Virus record (IMG/VR): IMGVR_UViG_3300021959_006017
Coordinates: 172,752-236,751 of that record
DNA: 64,000 nucleotides
Reading direction: 5' to 3' (one strand)
Below the pieces are notes generated by a model. The model was given only the letters and a program-made list of their open reading frames with translations. It did not search any database and had not been told where the DNA came from. This document shows, piece by piece, positions 30,199 to 37,083 of the stretch. Numbering within the stretch: position 1 is the stretch's first letter; every line of letters begins with the position of its first letter. A program made the translations under genes and the position numbers.

Positions 30199-31463
30199 GA
30201 TGGTCAGAAGTTACAGAAAAGTGGTCACAGAAATACAAGCGTAGTATTAACTGTTCAAATCCAAAAGGATTTAGTCAAAAAGCTCATTGTGCTGGACGCA
30301 AGAAAACAAATGAAGCATTTGTTAAGCCACAGTTTGATGTAGAATGGGACGAAGCGGCTCGCTATCCAGAGTTTCAAAAGATTGGCAAAGAAGCGTGGAT
30401 TGAACTTGCTAAAACTGGTAAGGCTATAACTATTAAAAGTGCTAAGGGTATTGAGAACACAGATGCCGCAGATCCAGATAGTTTTAAAAGTTTAGATCCA
30501 GCAAAGCAGAAAAGAGCGTTAGCACAACTAGAAAAAGGTTCGGTTGAAATGCCTATTGTTGCTGTTTACAGTGACGGATACAAAGAACTTGTAGGCGGTA
30601 ATACAAGACTTACTGCTATGATGGCACAAAACGGCAAAGCAACTGTGTGGGCATTTAAAGTGCCAGACGAAGTTGCCGAACTAGCTGAAAACTTTGCTGA
30701 TGGTAAAAGTAAAGCAAAGCGTAGACAAATGGATGAAAAAACATACCATGAGTCATTAGAAGAAGCACTAGGTGAAATTGCTCCTAATACAGAAATATAT
30801 GTTGATATGGATGGCGTACTTGCTGACTTTTTTGGCGAATGGTCAAAGTCGCAAGGTGTTGATAACTGGAAAGACATCAAAGATCCTGCAAAAGCAATTG
30901 GTGATATTAAAAGCATAGAAGACTTTTGGTTAAACTTACCAATACTACCTAAAGCAAAAGAATTACTAGGACTAATAAAACAAGTTAAAGGCAAGTATAA
31001 GATATGTACAAGTCCATTGGCAGACGATCCACGTAGTGAACCACACAAACGTGAGTGGGTAAAGAAGAATTTATCGTTTTTCCCACCAGAAGAAGTCATT
31101 GTTACACATAACAAGCCGCAGTTTGCAAAACAAAAAGACGGTACTCCTAACATACTAATAGATGACTATGGTGTTAATATAAACGCTTGGGAAGAAGCAG
31201 GCGGCATAGGATTTAAATACAAAGACTATAAGTTTAATAGAACAGCAAAGGCAATAAAAAATAGAATAGAAGATCCTGTAGAAGAAAACTTTGCTGACGG
31301 TAAGAAAAAAGGAAAGAGCCGCCCAGGGCGTGTAAAACGTGCTGGTGCAAGTTGTAATGGCAGTGTAACTGCACTCCGCAAACGAGCAAAAAATAGCTCC
31401 GGAGAAAAAAGGAGGATGTATCATTGGTGCGCAAACATGAAATCGGGAAGGAAGAAAAAATAG
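30195..31463 (+). CDS. Modular polyprotein: basic peptide, ParB/Srx-like domain, 5'(3')-deoxyribonucleotidase-like HAD domain, basic peptide
   Basis: MRWSEVTE leader; PIV...LVGGNTRL; YVDMDGVLADF...ILIDDYGVN; two ENFADGK linkers. Confidence 0.75.
   Translation: MRWSEVTEKWSQKYKRSINCSNPKGFSQKAHCAGRKKTNEAFVKPQFDVEWDEAARYPEFQKIGKEAWIELAKTGKAITIKSAKGIENTDAADPDSFKSLDPAKQKRALAQLEKGSVEMPIVAVYSDGYKELVGGNTRLTAMMAQNGKATVWAFKVPDEVAELAENFADGKSKAKRRQMDEKTYHESLEEALGEIAPNTEIYVDMDGVLADFFGEWSKSQGVDNWKDIKDPAKAIGDIKSIEDFWLNLPILPKAKELLGLIKQVKGKYKICTSPLADDPRSEPHKREWVKKNLSFFPPEEVIVTHNKPQFAKQKDGTPNILIDDYGVNINAWEEAGGIGFKYKDYKFNRTAKAIKNRIEDPVEENFADGKKKGKSRPGRVKRAGASCNGSVTALRKRAKNSSGEKRRMYHWCANMKSGRKKK
30687..31303 (+). 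repeat. 20-bp near-perfect direct repeat flanking the HAD domain
   Basis: GAAAACTTTGCTGATGGTAA (30687) and GAAAACTTTGCTGACGGTAA (31284). Confidence 0.85.
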
Positions 31464-31660
31464 TAGAACTATATCCAGACGGATATAGCAGAAAATGGAG
31501 AGAATATGAAAGTGTTCCTGTAGAACACTATATCGCCAAACACAAAGAACACGAAGCACGAAGAGCAAGTTTTAATGAACGTGCAGAGTACTGGAAAACA
31601 TACAAAAAATATTTAAAAAATACTAATCCCGAAACTGGTTTTAACATGAATGACTTCTAA
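31424..31660 (+). CDS. Hypothetical protein
   Basis: Fills the gap between genes; start uncertain. Confidence 0.45.
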   Translation: MVRKHEIGKEEKIVELYPDGYSRKWREYESVPVEHYIAKHKEHEARRASFNERAEYWKTYKKYLKNTNPETGFNMNDF

Positions 31661-31672
31661 GGTAAATACAAT

Positions 31673-32020
31673 ATGAAGATGAAAGAACTATTAACAGAAG
31701 AAGAGTTTAAGGATGTACATAGTAGTACACTTCCTCATGCAAGTTATTATCCGGAAATGCCTGCAAGTAGTCCTTACTACGCATACCGTTTCGGAATGGG
31801 CATGGCGGATCATACTACTTTTCATCCCAACGGACCATCAAAAAACTCAGCAGTTATAGTTCAGTATTCAAAAGGGGAAGAAGAAATAGTCGCCGCAACA
31901 GAAAAGAAACTAGGAAAGTTTGGTAAAAAGACCTTAGCAGATGGTGGAAGTAACGAACCAGAAGGCACAAACAAAACCAGTCCTGTTGCAAAGAAAAAGA
32001 AAAACAAATACGGTGTATAA
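31673..32020 (+). CDS. Putative internal head protein
   Basis: MKMKELLTEE leader; YYAYRFG; basic KKKKNKYGV end. Confidence 0.6.
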   Translation: MKMKELLTEEEFKDVHSSTLPHASYYPEMPASSPYYAYRFGMGMADHTTFHPNGPSKNSAVIVQYSKGEEEIVAATEKKLGKFGKKTLADGGSNEPEGTNKTSPVAKKKKNKYGV

Positions 32021-32022
32021 CT

Positions 32023-32364
32023 ATGAGATTTCGTGAACTAATAAAAGAAGAAGGATATGACACACAACGTGATGCAGATGCTGTAAGTGGTAAGCCTCGT
32101 AAAACATCTGTAGGTGGTGGCAAAAAGCCTAAAGGTTATAGCAAAGACAAAGCAGAGAAAGCCGCTATGGATAATGTTAAAAAAGCCTTAGCAAAAGAAT
32201 CAGCAACAGGTATGGGTGCAGCAAGTATTGCTACAGCAGTAGGAAATGTAGGCCCAACTATCAGTAGAAACATGTATAACGACGATGGCACTATGAAAAA
32301 CGGCGTTGACTTTGATAATCTAATGGGTGGCAAAAAGAAATCAAAGAAGCGTAAAAAGGCATAA
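32023..32364 (+). CDS. Putative internal head protein
   Basis: MRFRELIKEE leader; LAKE|SATG junction. Confidence 0.6.
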   Translation: MRFRELIKEEGYDTQRDADAVSGKPRKTSVGGGKKPKGYSKDKAEKAAMDNVKKALAKESATGMGAASIATAVGNVGPTISRNMYNDDGTMKNGVDFDNLMGGKKKSKKRKKA

Positions 32365-32367
32365 ATA
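32360..32367 (+). promoter_or_regulatory. Late-type promoter CATAAATA
   Basis: Octamer overlapping the stop codon. Confidence 0.55.
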
Positions 32368-32395
32368 CTATATAATGCGCATTACGGAGTAATCA

Positions 32396-33145
32396 ATGAG
32401 AGAAAAAGATTTAAAAGAAGGTTTAGGCGATCTAGCTCATAAAGCAGAAAAAGACCATGAAGTACAAATGGCTCGTGCTGACCTATACAAACTAGCAAAG
32501 TATGCTATCAAGTTACACGATATGCTCAAGCAAGTACCTGAAGAAGCAGGACTAGAAGGTTGGGTACAATCAAAAATCACAAAAGCAGCTGATTACATTG
32601 GCAGTGTTTATCACCATCTTGATTACGAAGAAGCAACAGGCGAACTAGGTGAAAGCGCAGTAAAAGAAGCAAGTTGCGGATGCGATGAAAATAGCTGTTC
32701 ACACTGCAAAGGTAAGCACACACTAGACGAAGTAGGTCAAAAGTGTGAGTGCTGTGGCAATATGATTAAAGAAGTAACTGCTGAAGGCAAGTTCAAATCA
32801 GATGCACAACGTAAAGCTATTCATGCAGCAAAAGCAAGTGGCAAGCGTAGCAAAAAGAAACTCCGTGACCACAGTGACTTATCAGATAGACTAGCAGCAA
32901 AACTCGAATCAAAAAAAAAGGTAGCTGAACGCAGTCTTTCCAAAGGCGAAGAAAAAGACAAAGAAAAGTACGTCAAAGGCATGAAAAAAGCCAAAGGCGA
33001 CTTTAAAGATCGCTACGGCAAAGATGCAGAAGCAGTTATGTATGCAACTGCTACCAAAATGGCTAAAGAGGCAACTAAGATTACACCAAAACAAATCAAA
33101 GCAGATAAAATAAAATCTCAAAAGATTACAGCAAAGACGGAGTAA
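32396..33145 (+). CDS. Modular putative internal head protein with Cys-rich (Zn?) module
   Basis: MREKDLKE leader; LEGWVQSKITKAADY; CGC..CSHC..CECC. Confidence 0.65.
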   Translation: MREKDLKEGLGDLAHKAEKDHEVQMARADLYKLAKYAIKLHDMLKQVPEEAGLEGWVQSKITKAADYIGSVYHHLDYEEATGELGESAVKEASCGCDENSCSHCKGKHTLDEVGQKCECCGNMIKEVTAEGKFKSDAQRKAIHAAKASGKRSKKKLRDHSDLSDRLAAKLESKKKVAERSLSKGEEKDKEKYVKGMKKAKGDFKDRYGKDAEAVMYATATKMAKEATKITPKQIKADKIKSQKITAKTE

Positions 33146-33148
33146 CAC

Positions 33149-33457
33149 ATGTCAGAGTCATTTAAAGCACTTATGCAAAAGATTGCAGAAATAGAAGAAC
33201 GCAAAGAAGACGACAAAGACGGAGATTTAAAAGGCTTTGACAGTCGTACAATGCGAGCATTAACTCGTATTAAGGCACAGTATCCAAATGCTCCAAACGA
33301 CCTTGCAGCACTTCTACGCCATGTAACTAACGTTGATAAAGACAGTGATACTAATGACGATGAACATATTAGCAGAATCAAAAAACTAGAAGATAAAGTA
33401 GAAGAACTAGAAAAGAAACTTACACTATTGTTAAGGAAAAAAAGTAATGGACTTTAA
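33149..33457 (+). CDS. Hypothetical coiled-coil protein
   Basis: 102-aa ORF within the cluster. Confidence 0.55.
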   Translation: MSESFKALMQKIAEIEERKEDDKDGDLKGFDSRTMRALTRIKAQYPNAPNDLAALLRHVTNVDKDSDTNDDEHISRIKKLEDKVEELEKKLTLLLRKKSNGL

Positions 33458-35003
33458 CGCACTACAACATAAACTTTTTGCACTAGATCCAAGCGATCTT
33501 GCAGCTGACAAACAAGCACTTATAGCACAAGCACAAGGAGCAGTTGTAGATACGCCAAAAGTAGATTATGTAACAGAAAGTACAGAAGTTCCAAAAGGCA
33601 GTATGCCTATTGATTTAGATCTAGCAGGACTTACAGCACTTGCAGGTGTAAGACTAGATGAAAAACAAAAGATGGGTAGTGCAGGACAAGCAAAAGGCAA
33701 AGACCCTATGCCAAAAGCAGAACCTGGACGTACAAAGCATCCATTAAAAGATAAACTTGTAGGCGAAGCAGAAACCTCAACAGGTTTTGAACCTCAAGGA
33801 TTCAAAGCAGCATTTAAAAACTATAATAAAGTTGATCCGTGGTTAGGTACTAGTACTGACGATGATGGTAAAAAGAAAGACGAACCAAAAACTCCACCTA
33901 AAAAAGGTGAAAAGCCAGCACCAGGACCAACACCAGGACCAACTCCAAAACCTACTCCAAGTCCGTGGCCTACAAGTAAAGAAGGTTATACACTAAAAGT
34001 AGGAGACTTAGTCACTTACGCAAACAAAAAAGGACAAACACGAGAAGATGTTCCAGTTGTTAAACTTTTAAAAGGAACAAAAGACGGTAAAGGTCGTCCA
34101 CAGATACAGCTACAACTACGTGGTGCAACTTATGCTATTAGTAGAGAACAAATACAAAAAGTAAATGGTAAAACATTTACACTAGATGATGCTGAAGCAG
34201 GTACAGGTACACTAAAAGACCAACTGTTACAAGCTCTAGAAGCGTACAAGCAAAAGCCACAGATTAAACCACGTGATCCAAATGCACAAGCAATGAATGA
34301 CTTGCGCAGAAGTGGTGCAATGGGTGCGCACAAAGACAAAAAGCGTGATGCTAAGATGGGCAAAGTTAAGCACAAAGGCAAGATAGACGAAAGCAAAATG
34401 TCGTTTAACGACATGATGAAAAACAGAGAGTTTTATTACACATATAAACAATATGTAAGTGGTAACGCTAATGTAGATCAAGTGGCTGAGTTAGTAAGAG
34501 GCCGTGTTGATAAAGAAAAGTTTGCTGACGAAATACATAGAAAAGGTGTTGAGTACGGTGGCGCAAAAGGTAAACGAATCAAAGATCTTGCAGATATTAT
34601 AAGAAAAGATTCTAACGTGCTTGATTTACCAGGAAAAGCATTTAGTAAGATTAAAAAAATGGTAGGTATGGGCGAAGGTATGGACGAATCTTATACTAAA
34701 GTAGATGGTATGGAAGCTGAAGAACTACGCAAACAGTATGCCAAAGACTGGGAAATACGTAAAGGCAAGTATCTTTATAAAAAAGTAGCCTTTGACGACT
34801 ACAACACTGTACTACGTTTCTTAATGGTTATCGAAAAACCACAGATTGAACTAGATCATTTTGCAAATATTAAGTTCTTTTACAATGAAGCAGAGCTTGT
34901 TGTATACACACACGACACAAAAGGTCTTACAACACTTGACTTTAAACTTGCTGTGCAAATAGATCGTGCGTTAGATCGAATGGGAGCGAAAGAGATAGGA
35001 TGA
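33447..35003 (+). CDS. Modular polyprotein ending in a pterin-4a-carbinolamine dehydratase-like domain
   Basis: LAGVRLDE, LVGE, IDE, MDE junctions; Pro/Thr linker; C-terminal W...LDHFANI...YTHDTKGLTTLDFKLA..ID. Confidence 0.7.
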   Translation: MDFNALQHKLFALDPSDLAADKQALIAQAQGAVVDTPKVDYVTESTEVPKGSMPIDLDLAGLTALAGVRLDEKQKMGSAGQAKGKDPMPKAEPGRTKHPLKDKLVGEAETSTGFEPQGFKAAFKNYNKVDPWLGTSTDDDGKKKDEPKTPPKKGEKPAPGPTPGPTPKPTPSPWPTSKEGYTLKVGDLVTYANKKGQTREDVPVVKLLKGTKDGKGRPQIQLQLRGATYAISREQIQKVNGKTFTLDDAEAGTGTLKDQLLQALEAYKQKPQIKPRDPNAQAMNDLRRSGAMGAHKDKKRDAKMGKVKHKGKIDESKMSFNDMMKNREFYYTYKQYVSGNANVDQVAELVRGRVDKEKFADEIHRKGVEYGGAKGKRIKDLADIIRKDSNVLDLPGKAFSKIKKMVGMGEGMDESYTKVDGMEAEELRKQYAKDWEIRKGKYLYKKVAFDDYNTVLRFLMVIEKPQIELDHFANIKFFYNEAELVVYTHDTKGLTTLDFKLAVQIDRALDRMGAKEIG

Positions 35004-35638
35004 GACTTCAGGACTTATATCCTAAGTTCAATCCAGACCCTTACTTACGCAAACCAATAGCACGACATCAAGTAGAAAATCTTCCATTTAAAGACTTTGA
35101 TAAGGACGGATATGAAGTTCCGACTCCTTTAGAGTGGTTACACTACGAAGCAAACAATATTAATCTTAATAGAGAAATACAATACCATATTGCACCTGTA
35201 CAAGAATGGTATACAGACGTAGAACAAAGTGAACACGGGCTTGTGCTAGATCATTGTATGCTATTAACACGTTATGCGTTCGCAGGTGAAGCAAGAGAAC
35301 AAATCATAGAAGTTTCAAAAAACAGACCAATCTTACAAAAACTGTTAAATATCAAACCCAAGTGGGGTATAGACTTTAGTCTTGATTATGTAACACACGA
35401 TATTGTTATGGAAGTGATACATATAGAACAAGACTTTGATGATATTAACGAAGCAGAGCAAGCAAAGGCAAAACTTGAATACATTATTGATTCAACAGAT
35501 TGGTATGATGGAGCAATGCGTTTATGGCAACGCAAAGACGAATGGATCAACCTTTCTTCAGACGATCATTCGGACTATAAAGCACAGTTCTTTGGCTGGC
35601 ATCGTGCTTTTGACAACAAAAAAGTATTTTCTACTTGA
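35000..35638 (+). CDS. Hypothetical protein
   Basis: FDKDGYE, KPKWGIDFSLDY; ATGA coupling. Confidence 0.65.
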   Translation: MRLQDLYPKFNPDPYLRKPIARHQVENLPFKDFDKDGYEVPTPLEWLHYEANNINLNREIQYHIAPVQEWYTDVEQSEHGLVLDHCMLLTRYAFAGEAREQIIEVSKNRPILQKLLNIKPKWGIDFSLDYVTHDIVMEVIHIEQDFDDINEAEQAKAKLEYIIDSTDWYDGAMRLWQRKDEWINLSSDDHSDYKAQFFGWHRAFDNKKVFST

Positions 35639-35663
35639 CAAATACCTAAATATATCATATACT
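35635..35663 (+). promoter_or_regulatory. Sigma70 promoter with nested CTAAATA
   Basis: TTGACA-AATACCTAAATATATCA-TATACT. Confidence 0.75.
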
Positions 35664-35688
35664 TAATGTAACTTAACGGAGGTAATAC

Positions 35689-35949
35689 ATGAGTGACCGT
35701 ACCTATGGTGCTGAAGAAAAAGCAAAACTAGAACGTCTAGTACGTGAAGGTGTAACTGTTATGCAGGAAGTTGAAGATCTGCAAACAGGTCTTAAAGAAA
35801 CTGTAAAAGCAGTTGCCGAAGAGCTTGATATTAAACCAGCACTTATTAACAAAGCGATTAAGATCGCAAAGAATCGTGATTGGGACACACACGCTGACGC
35901 ACACGAAGATTTAGAAACACTTATAGCAACACTAGGCTATGACAAATAA
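35689..35949 (+). CDS. Small dsDNA-binding protein (T4 DsbA/GapR-like)
   Basis: 86-aa helical protein, LKETVKAVAEELDIKPALINKAIKIA; SD GGAGG. Confidence 0.55.
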   Translation: MSDRTYGAEEKAKLERLVREGVTVMQEVEDLQTGLKETVKAVAEELDIKPALINKAIKIAKNRDWDTHADAHEDLETLIATLGYDK

Positions 35950-36230
35950 TGCAAAAAGTAAAAGACTTTTGGGTAAACAGCTATCGTAGTGATAAAACTG
36001 CATTTTGTTTTGAACTAATCAGTTTTATATTTACTGTAGGCGCAAGCATGACTCTTGCTATAAATGCAGATGATCCAAATATGCTTGTTGTTTATCCAGG
36101 ATTCTTTGTAGGAAGTGTAACACAAGTATATGCAAGTTGGCGTAGAGGAGCAGCATGGATTATGCTCCTCACATCATATTTTGCTTGTATAAATGTATTC
36201 GGATTTGGAGTGGCAGCAGGATGGTGGTAA
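35949..36230 (+). CDS. Small membrane protein
   Basis: About 3 TM helices. Confidence 0.6.
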   Translation: MQKVKDFWVNSYRSDKTAFCFELISFIFTVGASMTLAINADDPNMLVVYPGFFVGSVTQVYASWRRGAAWIMLLTSYFACINVFGFGVAAGWW

Positions 36231-36439
36231 AACCCTATCAATGGTTAGCATGGCTTAGTACAGCATGTTTGTTAACAGCGGCCACTTTAGCCGCATTTAA
36301 TGTTTACCCTTTGTACATTTGGGCATTCATTATTAGTAATAGTCTATGGATACTTGTAGGTATTCTGTGGAAAGAAAAAAGTCTTATTGTAATGAATGCT
36401 GGACTAACTGTAATCTATGTAGCAGGGCTGTTATTTTGA
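36221..36439 (+). CDS. Small membrane protein
   Basis: About 3 TM helices; start at ATG 36221. Confidence 0.6.
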   Translation: MVVKPYQWLAWLSTACLLTAATLAAFNVYPLYIWAFIISNSLWILVGILWKEKSLIVMNAGLTVIYVAGLLF

Positions 36440-37011
36440 ATATACTACTTGCTGGCGACAGTTTTGCAGCAAAGTGGCCAGAAGCTGGCGGTTGGCCAGA
36501 ACTTCTCGCACAACAACACACTGTAAAAAACGTAGCCCAAGCAGGTATAAGCGAATACAAAATACTTAGACAAATACAAAATGCTAATCTTGACGATTTT
36601 GATAAGATTATTGTAAGCCACACTAGTCCAACAAGAGTACATACACGTAAACATCCAATACACGAAAGCGGACTACACGCAGACTGTGACTTGATATACA
36701 ATGATATTGTTGATAGAAACAGTTGGTTTAATCCTAGTTTACGTGGTGCTAAAGATTGGTTCAAATATCATTATGACGAAGATTATCAAACAGATATTTA
36801 CTTGCTTATCCGTAAAGAGATAAGAAAAATACTTGGAAAATCTAAATACATTAGCATAATACATCTGCCAATAAGTACAAAGTATGCAATAGAACATAAT
36901 AATATTAGTTTTAGTACTGTTTGGCAACAACACAAAGGCACAGTAAATCATTACACAGAACAAGGCAACCAGATTGTATATAAACAAATACTTGACATTA
37001 TTAACAAATGA
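36436..37011 (+). CDS. SGNH/GDSL hydrolase-like protein
   Basis: AGDSFA nucleophile motif; C-terminal NHY; TTG start overlapping the upstream TGA. Confidence 0.6.
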   Translation: MNILLAGDSFAAKWPEAGGWPELLAQQHTVKNVAQAGISEYKILRQIQNANLDDFDKIIVSHTSPTRVHTRKHPIHESGLHADCDLIYNDIVDRNSWFNPSLRGAKDWFKYHYDEDYQTDIYLLIRKEIRKILGKSKYISIIHLPISTKYAIEHNNISFSTVWQQHKGTVNHYTEQGNQIVYKQILDIINK

Positions 37012-37020
37012 TGTTATATT
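36992..37020 (+). promoter_or_regulatory. Sigma70 promoter for DNA polymerase
   Basis: TTGACA-N17-TATATT. Confidence 0.65.
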
Positions 37021-37083
37021 AATAATAACGCCGCATAGGCATGTAGAAGGTTAAGTTGGCCACAAGCAACGTAGGAGAAACAT

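Noticed and set aside
33915-33965. CCAGGACCAACA tandem repeat
   Set aside because: Pro/Thr linker coding sequence
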